From NCBI GenBank assembly GCA_052279835.1, contig CP181291.1, forward strand, positions 3,136,001 to 3,200,000: a stretch of 64,000 nucleotides of DNA, written 5' to 3'. Below, piece after piece: positions 42,701 to 55,055 of the stretch (within the stretch, counting starts at the first letter, position 1; every line of letters starts with the position of its first letter). Below the pieces are notes generated by a model. It was not told the origin of the DNA, did no database searches, and saw nothing but the letters and a program-made list of their open reading frames with translations. The DNA comes from Microcoleus sp. (GTDB lineage Bacteria > Cyanobacteriota > Cyanobacteriia > Cyanobacteriales > Microcoleaceae). The position numbers and the translations under genes were made by a program.

Positions 42701-45587
42701 CTTGACTTGTTCCTGATAGTTGAATTTCATCCCCAGTCAAAGTCACATTACCGCCTAACACCGCATCAATCGCACCGCCGTCGAGGTTAATCGGAATAGA
42801 ATTGTTATTAGCCTTTCCCGTCAGGCTAATATTACCAGTTCCCGTAGCTTGCACCGTTACCAGTGGCGCCACTGGGAATGTAACGCCGTAACTGCTAAAT
42901 GCCGTCCCGACACCAGTACCAGTTAAACTAATATCTCCATTCTGGGATTTTACCGTGGCGGAGTTGAGCCAGATCCCGGAATTAGTCCCTGTCCCTGCAC
43001 TCCCCGTCCCCGTCAGCGTCACCTTTCCCAAGCCTGCGGTTTGGACTGTAGCACCACCATCTATATATATACCTTCGTTGGTAGTGCCAGTCCCACCACC
43101 AGTACCAGTCAGACTCACATTTCCAGAGGACGCTTTGACAGTACCTGGTGCAACTAATATGCCTCGATTACCATCAGTCCCATTTCCTCCCGTACCGCTG
43201 AGAGTCAGACTCCCAGTGCCTGTAGATTCTACCACCCCGGACACTGAAATGCCCGTGTTGTTGCCCACACTGCCTTTACCTGTTCCAGTCAGGGTGATAT
43301 CTCCATTTTGCGATCGCACTATGCTGGGATTATCAATATTTATCCCCTGATTACTATCCGTCCCATTTCCTCCCGTACCAGTGATAGTAAGAGTCCCGTT
43401 CCCCTTGGACTCAACTGTAGTGTTGTTGATATTAACGCCAGTATTTTGAGTTAAAGTTCCACCACCGTTACCAGTCAGGTTGATATTTCCCCCAGCCGAT
43501 CGCACAGTGCTACTATTAACAGTGATCCCTGGATTATTAAATGTGCCATTCCCGCCAGTACCGTTGAAAGTAATACTTCCTGTCCCGATCGACTCCACTG
43601 TGCTGGTAGTATTAATATTAATCCCATTGTTGCCACTTACAATTGCGCTGCCAGTTCCAGTCAGGCTGATATTTCCATCTACAGAAGTCACTTTCGATTT
43701 ATTTGTAAGAACCAGACCTTCATTATTACCAAATACATCCTTTCCCCCAGTACCATTTAGAGTGATACTCCCGTTGCCAGTAGTTTGTAATGTACCACCC
43801 GAAATAGAAATACCGATATTATTTCCCCCTGTCGAATTTCCTCCAATACCATTCAGGTCGATTTTTCCGGCTCCAACATTAATTGTGCTGTTCTTGACCT
43901 CAATTCCCTCCCCGAACACTAAATTACCCTGACCATTGCCCTGAAAATTACCACCTTTAGTATCTATCGTCGCACCCAATATTCTGAGACTACCACCATT
44001 GACACTATCACTATCAGCCTTCAGAGTAATATTGCCTCCCTGAGTTGTGATATTCGCATTGACTTTTATATTGTTATTAGCTAAAGCCGTAAGTCCAACT
44101 CCTGGAGTAGTTATATTGACAGCAGCACTAAAGGTAATGTCATTAGTAGCTTGTAGCATGACATTAGTCGCAGCACTGTTAATCAAAGCAGCATCAATGG
44201 TATTTCCCCCTGTGTCAGGGTCTGCAAATTGATCTGCTTGAGTTAGTGCCGTAAAAGTTCCCGCGCCAGTTTGAATAGTAATATTTGTAGGATCAAGTAA
44301 TAATAATCCTGGATTGCCATTGGTAGCGAGAGTATTGACATTTCCTCTGAAGTCTAAAAATTGCTTCCCCGACACTTCCACAAAACCCCCATTCCCCGAC
44401 ACCAAGCCACCTCTGGCTGTAATATTGCCGTTAAAGCGAGTAGTTTCATCAGCCCAAACTATAACTCTCCCGCCATTCCCATTACTCACAGCATCAGCAT
44501 TAATCGTCGCATCAGCACTCACAAAAGTCCGCGCAGCATTGGGCACAGTCCCCAAACCCTGATAATCTCCCCCAATCAGTACATTACCGCCACCATTAAT
44601 CCCAGAAGCATTAATATTGCCCCCAATAACTCCTACTTTATCGCCTAATATAGTTACAGTACCCCCAGTGTTACCGGAGACATTGAGAGTGCCAGAGGCG
44701 ATCGTCGTTCCCCCAGCCACCGGCACCGCCATACCCCCTGTCAACACCACTTCGCCATTCGGATTGACCACCAAACCCGTAGCCTGTTCCACACCTTTCC
44801 CAGTCAACAACTCCGGCAAAGATAACACCGATTGCGTCCAATTATGCGGCAACAAACCCTGATTGGCCGTCGGCTGCACTTCCAAACTCAACAAATTTCC
44901 GGCTTGAGAAATCCGCACCAAATTTTGACCTGGTACTGCCGTCATCGAAATCTGCCCACCGGGCGCATTCAACTGACCAGTATTCACCACAGTACCGCCC
45001 ATCAAACTCAAATTTTGACCGTTTTGAACGCTCAAATTCCCAGCATTAACAATACTTCCAGGTTGCAAATTAGTAAAAGCAAAACTATTGGGATTGCCAA
45101 TTAAAGTCGCCCAATTATTATTGCCGATCGCATTAAACCACTGATTTCCCCCAAAACCAATGCCCGTCGCCGTATTAGCATTAAAAGAACCAGGCACATT
45201 CAAGCTAGCACCAGGCCCAAAAATCATCCCCGCAGGATTCATCAAAAATAAATTAGAATTCCCACCCGTAACTTGAATCAATCCATTAATTAACGAAGGA
45301 TTCCCACCATTTATCCGTCCCAGGATGTTTTGGATATTGGGATTAGTCAAAAAATTAGCAATTTGACCTTCACTGAGATTGAACTGAGTAAAACTGTGAA
45401 ACAGATTAGCCTTATCTCCGCTGAAAGCTCCCCCAGAAATATCGTAGCGATTGCCATTGGTAGTGATCTGTGTATTCGTACCGTCTGGTGCTGGGATGAT
45501 TGGTTGTGCAGTCGCAGGTAAAGCCACTGCACTCAGCCCGCCCATTGTGAATAACCATCGAATTAAATGCAGTTTATTCGCGTTCAT
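36798..45587 (-). CDS. filamentous haemagglutinin-like (TPS-domain) exoprotein with Pro/Thr linker and C-terminal CHAT peptidase domain
   Basis: ORF of ~2930 aa (ATG 45587; TTG 45620). Signal peptide, 'NLFHSFTQF...[16 protein letters not shown]...LFLMNPAG' secretion domain, 'GGFVEVSGK...LLLDP', Gly/Asn/Thr-rich beta-helix repeats, CHAT dyad 'VHLATHAEF' / '[11 protein letters not shown]', and '[15 protein letters not shown]'. Confidence 0.92.
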   Translation of the reverse strand: MNANKLHLIRWLFTMGGLSAVALPATAQPIIPAPDGTNTQITTNGNRYDISGGAFSGDKANLFHSFTQFNLSEGQIANFLTNPNIQNILGRINGGNPSLINGLIQVTGGNSNLFLMNPAGMIFGPGASLNVPGSFNANTATGIGFGGNQWFNAIGNNNWATLIGNPNSFAFTNLQPGSIVNAGNLSVQNGQNLSLMGGTVVNTGQLNAPGGQISMTAVPGQNLVRISQAGNLLSLEVQPTANQGLLPHNWTQSVLSLPELLTGKGVEQATGLVVNPNGEVVLTGGMAVPVAGGTTIASGTLNVSGNTGGTVTILGDKVGVIGGNINASGINGGGNVLIGGDYQGLGTVPNAARTFVSADATINADAVSNGNGGRVIVWADETTRFNGNITARGGLVSGNGGFVEVSGKQFLDFRGNVNTLATNGNPGLLLLDPTNITIQTGAGTFTALTQADQFADPDTGGNTIDAALINSAATNVMLQATNDITFSAAVNITTPGVGLTALANNNIKVNANITTQGGNITLKADSDSVNGGSLRILGATIDTKGGNFQGNGQGNLVFGEGIEVKNSTINVGAGKIDLNGIGGNSTGGNNIGISISGGTLQTTGNGSITLNGTGGKDVFGNNEGLVLTNKSKVTSVDGNISLTGTGSAIVSGNNGININTTSTVESIGTGSITFNGTGGNGTFNNPGITVNSSTVRSAGGNINLTGNGGGTLTQNTGVNINNTTVESKGNGTLTITGTGGNGTDSNQGINIDNPSIVRSQNGDITLTGTGKGSVGNNTGISVSGVVESTGTGSLTLSGTGGNGTDGNRGILVAPGTVKASSGNVSLTGTGGGTGTTNEGIYIDGGATVQTAGLGKVTLTGTGSAGTGTNSGIWLNSATVKSQNGDISLTGTGVGTAFSSYGVTFPVAPLVTVQATGTGNISLTGKANNNSIPINLDGGAIDAVLGGNVTLTGDEIQLSGTSQVKGTGTIQLQPLTPSLDISVGGNTADARLNLSAAELAPPVLNGFSQMIIGRTDGTGAIAIEPAGVTFNLPVTMQGGSIAVNGNITGVNNASITFNAPTTNFLANSNIITNEQNIIFGGKVSLATNSNIALNTGLTNAGNINFGGTVDGGGNLTLTTGTGIINLNGALGGTLPLGSLNIVNSRNLTSPIAIAITATGDITTGDTTNPGRAIALTSNNGTITTTSTGAIDTSSTTGNGGPITLSANKINGGNLNSSSTAGNGGNITLTGKTGDIVASAGAIWNSRSTSGTAGDIAIATPNQVGVNVIDAQGLSGTGNITISGNEMGFSGGVDSVKSQGTLSIVPSAPNVGIRFQKGLADDPGAIDLGPQFLSSLRNGFSKIVFGSNTTTGNITVDNLPISFQDPVSFNTQGNILVNPNQSISGTDNASITLNATINNLNGNITTKSQDITINGNALVGNNVLVGTGNLAGGNILFNNNINGSGNLTLETGTGKIDAIGAIGNSTPLGNLTANTSGTTTFNAVTANSLTTNTGGTTLLNGNVTTTTSQTYADAVTIANNPTLTGSAITFNDTVNGNSNLTVNGGTGNVTFTGAIGNSTALGNLTANTSGTTTFNAVTANSLTTNTGGTTLLNGNVTTTTSQIYGDAVTIANNPTLTGSSITFNDTVNGNSNLTVNGGTGNVTFTGAIGNSSSVSGLQISGKNITANAAVKVAGNIGISGDTINLLQNVTTTNNGTLTLSNTGNVNIGNNLNLDGALIQNGQGSVGLKGNITTTNDNIDFSGPVTLNGPVNWGVGNARIAFGSTLSAGNNPLNLTAGEIDFSGKVSGTNVLTLQPATVGQNIVVGGTDNNTSALDLTASEMSLLQNGFSSITIGRSDSTGNITIPNNLTFSDPVNIQTKTGSIALNGNITANDNSSISLNTPTLNLNGGITTTNQGIAINGNVTVGKDVAISSGGGNVSVTGAIDGNQRLNIDAGKGNVVLQGNIGQTTALSGFSVTATNTNLAGNVTTNNGGITINSALGLSQNAKLSSGGGNIAFGGAIDSVNGSFELNLAAGTGSVTFGAPVGATRQLGNMAIANAGNVTANSSINAQSLTVNSTGNINVLGDITASNSGNGGAIALLSPNGTVNVKNLTTSGNIGGNITVVAKDSITARQINASGIVGNGGNVSLDPIGDIQVSFINAQGGTSGIGGTVFVSSTGGFFRATDSFPTLLSPTGFASISTAGGIGGGNITIRHAGGDGGPPIQPFVVGDATVNGTAAAIITGQSTIQSQSFPGSQNVGNIAFNTDDATITPTPTPTPSETPTPSVTPTPSETPTPVITPTPTVTSTPTPAITPTPSVTPTPTPAITPTPAITPTPAITPTPAITPTPSVTPTPTALVTPTPPITVTNPTETPPITVTNSTETPLITVTNSTETPLITVTNPVLNQPITVTNPLDNQEKTVINQPVNPQVTVINQPAIQQVTSTLESVEAPLTPIAPVTATATATPAPEPESSTLNPEESQRRKISPLDNPGGIGDRVLTIDPSITSQLSHSGVIPPKDSKTSTIVNPNADGVLGYLPSPDRIFEQNNLQKTVWEIETIRNQEFLEHLGVTANIPDPNVIINNFQNTLQTIQQKTGRRSGIIYLVSRSEQLEIILVPPLGQPIRYSVPAANRSALFPVIKQLRDEITNPRKINTNTYLEPAQQLYKWLFSQLEPDLAKLGIQTLLLSVDPGLRSLPFAALHDGKGFLIEKYNFSLIPSFSNTNTDYQSVRSASLLGMGRSEFVEQKPLPSVPLELQVINGEWSGQSFLNSTFTIDNLKSQHKQGGFRIVHLATHAEFQSGKSSNSYIQMWNYKLQLDRMESLNWRNPQVELLVLSACRTALGDREAELGFGGLAVKSGAKSALGSLWYVDDGGTLGLMSEFYNQLRGSMIKTEALQLAQQAMIAGKIRMTNRQLVTTDATLNLPPNLQQSNRNFSHPYYWSSFTMIGNPW
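38400..38841. repeat. coding tandem repeats of the Pro/Thr linker (33-bp and 18-bp units)
   Basis: 33-bp units encoding ITVTN(S/P)TETP(L/P) and 18-bp units GGGAGTTATCGCGGGCGT encoding TPAITP. Confidence 0.9.
40642..41216. repeat. 279-bp (93-aa) internal tandem duplication in the haemagglutinin-like gene
   Basis: GAATTGCCGATCGCCCC recurs at 40642, 40921 and 41200; the block GAIGNST...GNVTFT is repeated almost identically. Confidence 0.92.
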
Positions 45588-45693
45588 AAATTTAATATCA
45601 TAATTATTCGTCCATGCCAATATAACTCAATAGCTAAGGAGTGTCAAGATTTAAAAGTTCAATATTAATGTATTAAAAAATCCGACTGTAAAA

Positions 45694-45953
45694 GTTATTG
45701 GTTATTGGTTATTGGTTATTGGTTATTGGTTATTAATTGTTTGTTATTGGTTATTTGTTATTGGTTGTTTGTTATTGGTTATTTGTTATTGGTTGTTTGT
45801 TATTGGTTGTTTGTTATTCCCAATTCCCAATTCCCAATTCCCAATTCCCAATTCCCAATTCCCAATTCCCAATTCCCAATTCCCAATTCCCAATTCCCAA
45901 TTCCCAATTCCCAATTCCCAATTCCCAATTCCCAATTCCCAATTCCCAATTCC
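45694..45953. repeat. two adjacent STRR-type heptamer arrays
   Basis: Degenerate GTTATTG/GTTGTTT units at 45694-45815, followed by 19 exact ATTCCCA units from 45816. Confidence 0.95.
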
Positions 45954-46364
45954 TCTGTACTCAATACAAACTTTATATTTTTCCGCTAACTTTATCAAAA
46001 CTTCATAAACTCGGCTTATAAAAAAAAATTATAATTGGCAAAACCTAATATTGGCAAGAGTTGTAGTCAATTTGATACCCTTGGCGACCGAAATAAATGT
46101 TGTATTTTGGAGATATAGGGTAGCTGCAAAACTTGCTGGTAGAGATTAAAGTGTGCCAGTCTGGTGTAAGTGAAAATTCCTAGAGTAATCGCCAGTCTTT
46201 TACTCAAAGACACTGATAGCTGATACCGCTCTGTAAAGTAAATTTTGAGGCCTACGCGATCGTCCTCAATCATCTAGCAGGACAGACCAAGCCTCATCCA
46301 GTCTAGCTTGCAGCCAGCATTCTCAGCCTTAGTACATAATTAATCTTGTGGAGGAATCAGGGTT

Positions 46365-47165
46365 ATGACTGCCTTAACCTTAGTCAAAAAAACATCGTTT
46401 ACTGTCGCTAGTTTAGCAGCAACAGTGGTTCTGAGTATCTGTAGCCCAGCCTCAGCTTTTATGTTTGGGACTACTGGCATCCAATTTGATGAAGATACGG
46501 ATATTAGCTTTACATTCGATCGCTCCCAGGGAGCATACAAGTCCAGCTTGTGGGTAGCTCAAGCCCTGCCGAACAACACAGGCTACAGCAATGTATCCAG
46601 TCTGTTTAGCGAAACTAAACCCTCAGATAACGGCCCTGCCAATAACTGGCAAGGTAGCTTCGGCAACGCTGTCACTTCCAACAATGGAGCCATCAGCCAA
46701 ACCTTCACATTTCTTAAGGATCAAATTTATGCCCTGCTACTGTGGAGTGACACCGGCAGTGGCAAACCCTTCGAGCAATACGTCTCCAGCAGCACATTTA
46801 TGAACAGCAGCCTCTGGTTTGCCGCCGACAGCAAGTTCGGCAGAACAGATTGTCTGACAATTGGATGTCAACAAGCTGTATTTGGAAATTTTAGCCTCAA
46901 CTATAACTCTACAGAACCCTTCAGCACCGTCAATGGTGGCAAGGGCCCAGAGCAGTTTCAATCTGTGACATTGGCACAACTGGCTGAAGGAACCAAAATT
47001 TCCTTTGATGACGGCCAAGGACCCAGTGAAGCAGACTTTCAACAATTCACCGTCAGTGCTCAAGCAGTCCCCGAACCCATGTCAGTGTTGGGTACGATTT
47101 TGGGGATCGGGGCTTTGGGCGCGGCGCGAGCCAAAAAAAAAGATTACCAGCCAGCGAAAAAATGA
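46365..47165 (+). CDS. PEP-CTERM sorting-domain exoprotein
   Basis: Signal peptide ending in ASA; C-terminal 'VPEPMSVLGTILGIGALGAARAKKK'. Confidence 0.9.
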   Translation: MTALTLVKKTSFTVASLAATVVLSICSPASAFMFGTTGIQFDEDTDISFTFDRSQGAYKSSLWVAQALPNNTGYSNVSSLFSETKPSDNGPANNWQGSFGNAVTSNNGAISQTFTFLKDQIYALLLWSDTGSGKPFEQYVSSSTFMNSSLWFAADSKFGRTDCLTIGCQQAVFGNFSLNYNSTEPFSTVNGGKGPEQFQSVTLAQLAEGTKISFDDGQGPSEADFQQFTVSAQAVPEPMSVLGTILGIGALGAARAKKKDYQPAKK

Positions 47166-47243
47166 CTTTTAAGTAGCCCGGTATAAATCTCAATAGTGAG
47201 TCTGTTCAGTGGTAATCTGATGAATAGCATTTCTAAATGTTAA

Positions 47244-48749
<1,506 letters not shown>

Positions 48750-48751
48750 TT

Positions 48752-49173
48752 TTAGTCATTAGTCATTGGTTATTAGTTATTGGTTATTAGTGATTAGTTA
48801 TTGGTTGCCAATTACTAATGACTGCTGACTAATGACTGCTGACTAATGACTGCTGACTAATGACTGCTGACTAATGACTGCTGACTAATGACTGCTGACT
48901 AATGACTGCTGACTAATGACTGCTGACTAATGACTGCTGACTAATGACTGCTGACTAATGACTGCTGACTAATGACTGCTGACTAATGACTGCTGACTAA
49001 TGACTGCTGACTAATGACTGCTGACTAATGACTGCTGACTAATGACTGCTGACTAATGACTGCTGACTAATGACTGCTGACTAATGACTGCTGACTAATG
49101 ACTGCTGACTGATGACTGCTGACTAATGACTGCTGACTAATGACTGCTGACTAATGACTGCTGACTAATGACT
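48752..49173. repeat. intergenic array: degenerate TTAGTCA/TTGGTTA heptamers, then 25 copies of the 14-mer ACTAATGACTGCTG
   Basis: 14-bp period from 48814 to 49163 plus a partial unit; one variant unit (ACTGATG...) near 49108. Confidence 0.97.
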
Positions 49174-49184
49174 AAGGACAATTT

Positions 49185-49592
49185 ATGACATTAACTGTGC
49201 GCGTAGTTGCCCCAGACAAAACTGTTTGGGATTCCGATGCTGAAGAAGTAATTCTGCCAAGCACTACAGGCCAATTGGGTATTTTAAGCGGTCACGCTCC
49301 GATGTTGACTGCTTTGGATACCGGAGTGATGCGCGTCCGTCCTGGTAAGGAGTGGGTGTCTATTGCTCTGATGGGTGGCTTTGCAGAAATCCAAGAAAAT
49401 CGAGTGACGGTTCTGGTCAATGGCGCCGAAAAAGGTGACAAAATTGATCGAGAAACTGCTCGTGCTGCCTACACTGAAGCAGAAGCTCGTTTGGAAAAGT
49501 CCGCTAATGGCACTCTCCAAGAGCAAATTCAAGCTAAGCAAGCAATTAAACGTGCGCGAGCTCGTTTTCAAGCTGCTGGTGGCACGCTCTAG
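49185..49592 (+). CDS. atpC: F1 ATP synthase epsilon subunit (atpE in cyanobacterial nomenclature)
   Basis: '[16 protein letters not shown]...[16 protein letters not shown]...MGGFAEI...RARARFQAA'. Confidence 0.97.
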   Translation: MTLTVRVVAPDKTVWDSDAEEVILPSTTGQLGILSGHAPMLTALDTGVMRVRPGKEWVSIALMGGFAEIQENRVTVLVNGAEKGDKIDRETARAAYTEAEARLEKSANGTLQEQIQAKQAIKRARARFQAAGGTL

Positions 49593-49632
49593 GGAGTCGG
49601 ACACAAGATTTTGGTGTTGCTACGTCAGCATC

Positions 49633-49664
49633 ATTAAGGACACAACATTAGTTGTGTCCTTAAT
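49633..49664. terminator. perfect 14-bp-stem hairpin between convergent genes (terminator or REP-like)
   Basis: ATTAAGGACACAAC-ATTA-GTTGTGTCCTTAAT. Confidence 0.65.
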
Positions 49665-49670
49665 ATTTGG

Positions 49671-49970
49671 TTAAATCCCAACTTCCGACAATAGAGATTG
49701 CATTGTTTCCCAAGATAGCCCTTGCTGAAGATAGCGGGGGTTATTGGGATTGTAGGGTCCTGCAAGGCGATCGACACTGATAATTTTTGCTCCCTCCGGT
49801 AACACTGGTATATCTGGATCGAAGGCAGTCGATCGCACTAGGGAACTAGAAAAGCCTTTAAAAATAGAAATTTCATCGAACTCGCCCTCACTTTCAACCT
49901 TCACGATTAAAACTTCTTGAGGGCGTTTTACTGTGTATTGTTCCAAGCGGCGAGCGATCGAATCAGTCAT
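49671..49970 (-). CDS. conserved hypothetical protein (cyanobacterial type)
   Basis: 99-aa ORF with 'IFKGFSSSL...DPDIPVLP...DRLAGPYNP'; function not recognised. Confidence 0.75.
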   Translation of the reverse strand: MTDSIARRLEQYTVKRPQEVLIVKVESEGEFDEISIFKGFSSSLVRSTAFDPDIPVLPEGAKIISVDRLAGPYNPNNPRYLQQGLSWETMQSLLSEVGI

Positions 49971-50465
49971 CTAAATATCACTTTGTTAATAACTATAATC
50001 TAGCATGATTTAGCCGTTGATTGCCCAGGGTTTGTGGGGAATTTATTAAGAAAATTAGACATTTTTTCATAATTTAATCAGAGCCAGTAGCATGGGGTGG
50101 TCATCCGAAATATTTAACGTTTTATCCGGTTTTACCTAGATTGTCTCAGTCATAATACATTCAGGGTTAATAATTGGTACTCCTAATTTGATTGAGGGGC
50201 TCAAGACTTGTCATCCCATCCCTGATTTTGACCCCAAACGTGAATAGACTGTGCAGGGTTATTTGACTTCGAGGTGAAACAGAGACAATCTACCTACTTT
50301 GGGACACTTTCCAGGTGCGAGGACTGTCCAGTTTGCCAAGGGTACTCCAATCATGGCTTCCATCGCCCACAATTCAACTTATAATTAGTTTAAAAACAAA
50401 ACACTTAACAGGGGTGTAGATTCCAGCCGATCGCCCAACTAACTATTCTAAGATAAGTGATTGCT

Positions 50466-53400
50466 ATGTCAACTTTTTTTCTAAAAAATTTAGCTGCTCA
50501 ACTTTCAGGAAAAGTTAATTTACGAACAGTGGTCATAGTACCCTTTGTGTTGCAAGTATTTGCCGCCGTGGGACTGGTGGGATATTTATCATTTAGAAAC
50601 GGCCAAAGGTCAGTAAATGACCTGGCTGGTCAATTGATGAGCGAAGTCAGCAATCGCATTGAACAAAATTTAAAAACCTATCTAGAAACTCCTCACCAGA
50701 TTAATCAAAGCAAACAAGATGCTGTGACATTGGGTTTTGTGAACATGAAAGACTTGTCAGCTTGGGAGAAATATCTGTGGAGACAAGTGCAACTATACCC
50801 TTACATTAATTTTACGTCGCTGGGCAATAAAAATGGAGAGTATCGCACGGGAGAAAAGATGTCTGATGGCACCTTATTGATTAACGCATCAGGCCCGTCC
50901 ACAGGTTTTGACTTTCATTCCTACCATACCAACGATAAAGGCGATCGGACCACCGTAGCAGCCGTTGTCAAAAATTTTGATATCCGACAACATCCTTCTT
51001 ATACCTTAGCCGCCTTAGAAGGTACAGCCACTTGGAGTTCTGTCTACATATCCTTCCTAGAACCAACATTAATCATCAGTGCCCTCAAACCAGTCTACAA
51101 CAGCCAAAAACAGCTAGAAGGGGTTTTAGTTACAGCCTTGCGTCTCGATGCCATAGGTCAATTTTTAAATAGCCTCAAAATCGGTAAATCAGGTCAGACA
51201 TTTATTGTAGACAAAAACGGCATACTCCTTGCAACTTCGACATCCGAAAAACCTTTTAGGACTAAAAACAATCAAAAAGAACTGTTTAAAGTTACCGAAA
51301 GTAGCGATGCTGTAACTCAAGCAACAGCTAAATATTTAGCAACTAAATTTACAGACTTGCACCAAATTGAAAATTCCCAGCAAATCAATTTTGCCATCAA
51401 CGGGAAACAGCAATTTTTAAAAGTTCTGCCATTTAAAGACGGCAAAGGTTTAGATTGGTTAATTGTCGTCGTCGTTCCCGAAGCCGACTTTATGGCACAG
51501 ATTGATGCTAACACCCGCACTACAGTGCTGCTATGTCTAGCTGCTTTGGCGATGGCAACAGTGGTGGGAATTTGGACATCCCGCTGGATTGTCAAACCTA
51601 TTCTCGAACTGAAAGACGCAGCCACAGCTTTGTCTGAAGGACAATTTGACAGAACTGTAAAACTCGATAGAAGCGACGAATTAGGCATACTTGCCACAGC
51701 TTTTAATAGTATGGCTGCACAACTGCAAGCATCTTTTACCGCCTTAGAAACTAAAAATAGCGAATTGCAGCGACTGGACAAACTCAAAGACGAATTCTTA
51801 GCCAATACTTCCCACGAACTGCGCACTCCCCTCAACGGGATTATTGGTATTGCAGAATCTTTAATAGATGGAGCTACCGGAACACTGCCAGAAAAAACTA
51901 ATATGAACTTAGCTTTGATTTCATCGTCTGGCAAAAGACTGTCATCTTTAATTAACGATATTCTTGACTTTTCTCAACTCAAGCACAAAAGTATAGACCT
52001 GCAAATTAAGCCCGTCGGTATCCGGGAAATGGTCTACATAATTCTGACTTTATCTAAGCCATTGGTAGGTAAAAAGAACTTACTGTTAATCAATGCAATT
52101 AGTCCAGAATTGCCGCCCGTGGCCGCTGATGAAAATCGTTTAGAACAAATACTTTACAATTTAATCGGTAATGCGATTAAATTTACCGAAAGTGGCAATG
52201 TAGAAATTTCCGCAGAATTGTTAAGGAACAATGAAAAAGCATCAACACCTAATACCCAAGTAGCGATTACTGTATCCGACACTGGGATTGGCATCGCCGA
52301 GGAAAAATTAGAGCGAATTTTTGAATCCTTTGAACAAGCTGACGGTTCCACTGCTAGAGAATTTGGTGGTACAGGTTTAGGTTTGGCTGTAGTTAAGCAA
52401 TTAGTGGAATTGCACGGAGGTCAAATTCGGGTATCTTCAACTGTAGGAGTTGGTTCTCAATTTACGTTTACTTTGCCAGTCTCTGAAAGTCAACCAGAAG
52501 CTAACAGCAGGTATCCGCTTCTGGCTGAAGGCGATCGCAATTTAATCAATCATCAGGTTACAACCGAATTACCGATGATACATTCTCAGTCACTAGCCAA
52601 TCAAGAACAGCTCCAAACTGATAAAATTAAAATCTTGATTGTCGATGATGAGCCGATTAATATCCAGGTGTTAATCAACAGTCTTTCTATCGAAAATTAT
52701 GCGATTACTCAAGCTAGCAATGGGCTGGAAGCCTTAAGTTTGATAGAAAATGGATTTAAGCCTGACTTAATGTTACTTGATGTCATGATGCCCCGGATGA
52801 CTGGTTATGAAGTGTGTCGAGAAGTTCGCAAAATATACTCGCCTTTAGAATTACCGATTTTGATGTTGACTGCGAAAAATCAAACCTCAGATTTGGTAGA
52901 AGCTTTCAACTTAGAAGCCAATGATTATGTAACTAAACCTTTTATCAAAAAGGAATTGTTGGCAAGAATTAATACTCAAATTCGTTTGGCAAAATTGAAT
53001 GCAGCCTACGGCAGATTTGTGCCTCACGATTTTTTAAATTTGCTTGAAAAGCCTAGTATTATTGAGGTGAAGTTAGGGGAAAACAAAGAAAGAAAGATGA
53101 CTGTTTTGTTTGCTGATATTCGCTCATTTACGGTGCTATCAGAACAAATGACACCCACTGAAAATTTTGCTTTTATTAATAATTATCTAGGGCGAGTTAG
53201 CCCAGCAATTAGAAAAAATAATGGGTTTATTGACAAATATATTGGGGATGCAGTTATGGCACTATTTCCTACTTTTCCTGATGATGGGGTTCGAGCGGCC
53301 ATTGAGATGCAGAAAGAAGTAAATGTTTATAACCAACAGCGACAAGAAAGTGGCTTGGCTCCTATTTCCATCGGTATTGGTTTACACGTCGGTAATTTAA

Positions 53401-53864
53401 TGTTGGGTACAATTGGTGAGCGAGAACGCATGGAAAGTACCGTGATTGCTGATGCGGTGAATCTGGCTTCTCGTTTGGAAGGGTTGACTAAGGTTTATGG
53501 TTCGGGAATTTTAGTTAGCGATGCTGTTATATATGCTTTGAGCGATCGCGAACAATATAAGTACCGATTTGTCGATCGAGTCACAGTGCAAGGCAAAACA
53601 ACTGCTGTGTCGGTGTTTGAGATTTACGATACAGAAACAGAACAAACTATTGCACTCAAGCAGCAAACTGCGGAGGTTTTTCAACAAGGTTTAGATTTGT
53701 ACTATCAACAAAAATTTGTTTCTGCACAAAAAACCTTTCAGAATATTTTACAAATTAATCCTGAAGATAAGGTAGCAATGCTCTATTTCAAACGAGCTCG
53801 CAAGTATCGAATGTACGGAGCACCGGATGGCTGGGTAGGGGTAGAAGCTTTGACTGAAAAATAG
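50466..53864 (+). CDS. membrane hybrid sensor: Cache-HAMP-histidine kinase-receiver-class III adenylate cyclase
   Basis: Two TM helices, HAMP 'DELGILATAFNSM', 'TSHELRTPLNG', 'GGTGLGL', REC 'LMLLDVMMP', cyclase 'VLFADIRSFT', 'IDKYIGDAVMA', 'TVIADAVNLASRLEG'. Confidence 0.92.
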   Translation: MSTFFLKNLAAQLSGKVNLRTVVIVPFVLQVFAAVGLVGYLSFRNGQRSVNDLAGQLMSEVSNRIEQNLKTYLETPHQINQSKQDAVTLGFVNMKDLSAWEKYLWRQVQLYPYINFTSLGNKNGEYRTGEKMSDGTLLINASGPSTGFDFHSYHTNDKGDRTTVAAVVKNFDIRQHPSYTLAALEGTATWSSVYISFLEPTLIISALKPVYNSQKQLEGVLVTALRLDAIGQFLNSLKIGKSGQTFIVDKNGILLATSTSEKPFRTKNNQKELFKVTESSDAVTQATAKYLATKFTDLHQIENSQQINFAINGKQQFLKVLPFKDGKGLDWLIVVVVPEADFMAQIDANTRTTVLLCLAALAMATVVGIWTSRWIVKPILELKDAATALSEGQFDRTVKLDRSDELGILATAFNSMAAQLQASFTALETKNSELQRLDKLKDEFLANTSHELRTPLNGIIGIAESLIDGATGTLPEKTNMNLALISSSGKRLSSLINDILDFSQLKHKSIDLQIKPVGIREMVYIILTLSKPLVGKKNLLLINAISPELPPVAADENRLEQILYNLIGNAIKFTESGNVEISAELLRNNEKASTPNTQVAITVSDTGIGIAEEKLERIFESFEQADGSTAREFGGTGLGLAVVKQLVELHGGQIRVSSTVGVGSQFTFTLPVSESQPEANSRYPLLAEGDRNLINHQVTTELPMIHSQSLANQEQLQTDKIKILIVDDEPINIQVLINSLSIENYAITQASNGLEALSLIENGFKPDLMLLDVMMPRMTGYEVCREVRKIYSPLELPILMLTAKNQTSDLVEAFNLEANDYVTKPFIKKELLARINTQIRLAKLNAAYGRFVPHDFLNLLEKPSIIEVKLGENKERKMTVLFADIRSFTVLSEQMTPTENFAFINNYLGRVSPAIRKNNGFIDKYIGDAVMALFPTFPDDGVRAAIEMQKEVNVYNQQRQESGLAPISIGIGLHVGNLMLGTIGERERMESTVIADAVNLASRLEGLTKVYGSGILVSDAVIYALSDREQYKYRFVDRVTVQGKTTAVSVFEIYDTETEQTIALKQQTAEVFQQGLDLYYQQKFVSAQKTFQNILQINPEDKVAMLYFKRARKYRMYGAPDGWVGVEALTEK

Positions 53865-53920
53865 GGAATCAGGGATTGGGGATTGGGAATCAACAGTTAA
53901 CAGTCAACTGTCAACTGTCA
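53864..53920. repeat. short STRR-type heptamers between convergent genes
   Basis: GGGAATC/GGGATTG units followed by AACAGTT/AACAGTC/AACTGTC units. Confidence 0.7.
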
Positions 53921-53961
53921 AAAATTTGGTGTTACCCAAATCGATATCAGTCCTAATTAAT

Positions 53962-54582
53962 TTACTGACCCGTAGCCGATCGCCCTTGTTTGCCCAGTCT
54001 GATTAACACAAAATAGGATAAGTAAACTACATAAATTGCTAAACCTATCATCGCTAAAAACCCCAAAAATTGAGGGTTAGTGTTAGGGTGAAACATCTGT
54101 TTGTACAGCCAAGGTGGGTCAAGCCAAATGCGGCAAAATGGTTCCTCAATGATTTGACTTTGAGATTGGAAGGCGCAAGTTAAGAAGGGAATTTGAGCGA
54201 TCGCACCCAATCCGCTGTAAACAGTAATCGCCCATCGCCAAGCAGTAAAAGCCAGTTTCAGAGGCGATTGGGGTCGATCGTCAATTTCTTCGTTCAAATC
54301 TGTCCAAAACCACAGACAAGCAGGAATCAAAGCCCTGGCGATCGCCGACGACACAAAGCCCACTGGCAGGGCTGCGATCATTAGGTAAAGTGTAATTGCT
54401 AGCAAACTCGCCACTCGCCAATAGATAATCAACAAACGGACGATCGCCTCAGATGAAGCAAAAACAGCCCAAATCAGCACTACCAGCGGGATCGAAACCG
54501 TTAATAACACAGACAACCGATAATCCATCCAGACTAGCGGTTGAAACCAAGGTCCGGTCGCTGCCAATAAAAGACTTAACAT
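53962..54582 (-). CDS. DUF3177-like membrane protein
   Basis: Multi-TM; 'LVWMDYRL', 'IIYWRVASLL', 'LWFWTDLNEEI', 'WRWA', 'RLGKQGRSA'. Confidence 0.8.
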   Translation of the reverse strand: MLSLLLAATGPWFQPLVWMDYRLSVLLTVSIPLVVLIWAVFASSEAIVRLLIIYWRVASLLAITLYLMIAALPVGFVSSAIARALIPACLWFWTDLNEEIDDRPQSPLKLAFTAWRWAITVYSGLGAIAQIPFLTCAFQSQSQIIEEPFCRIWLDPPWLYKQMFHPNTNPQFLGFLAMIGLAIYVVYLSYFVLIRLGKQGRSATGQ

Positions 54583-54818
54583 CTTTGGGAAAATATACTC
54601 ACTTATTTGTGGAAAATCTTACTACAAAAAAGCCAAAAAATCAGCAACTGGGACATCTTGTCATGTTCCTGTTGCTGCTTCACTTTTGGCAGATGTAGGC
54701 GGAGTCTTTTGAACTACCAGACGCATTTTGACTACCTTTGTGTCTGCGATCGAGCTAAAGAAAAGGATAGAGGGCAAATTTCGCCCTCACCTTTTGCTTC
54801 AATCTCTAAATTGCAGGT

Positions 54819-55055
54819 TTATTCCTCGTAGATGCGGCACTCAGCAGCGTCAGGATTGTTGTCGCAATATTGTTCAAAGGAATTCTTAGGTTTAACTTGC
54901 TTTTGGTGAGAGGCTTCTGCTTGAAGTTCTTCAACTGCGTCCCAGGCGGCCGCACACTCGCCAGACGTGCTGCCACTTACGTCGCAGACTGCACGAGCGT
55001 TTACGAGTTCTTCTTCAATTTTTTCTTGGATGTTGCCCGCGGGTGTTGTTGTCAT
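54819..55055 (-). CDS. cp12: Calvin cycle regulatory protein CP12 (both N- and C-terminal Cys pairs)
   Basis: 'ARAVC...ECAAAWDAVEELQAEASH...YCDNNPDAAECRIYEE'; ATG at 55055. Confidence 0.95.
   Translation of the reverse strand: MTTTPAGNIQEKIEEELVNARAVCDVSGSTSGECAAAWDAVEELQAEASHQKQVKPKNSFEQYCDNNPDAAECRIYEE

Noticed and set aside
38452..45104. Numerous plus-strand ORFs antisense to the haemagglutinin gene (similar shadows occur over gltB, atpD, the porin and the kinases)
   Set aside because: These are antisense shadows of long, codon-biased genes, with low-complexity Val/Pro/Leu translations and no independent motifs.
45705..46021. ORFs with LLVIGYW / PIPNSQF / GIGNWEL repeats (also 22531..22848, 25282..25485 and 25482..25682)
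   Set aside because: These are translations of heptamer STRR arrays or shadows of real genes.
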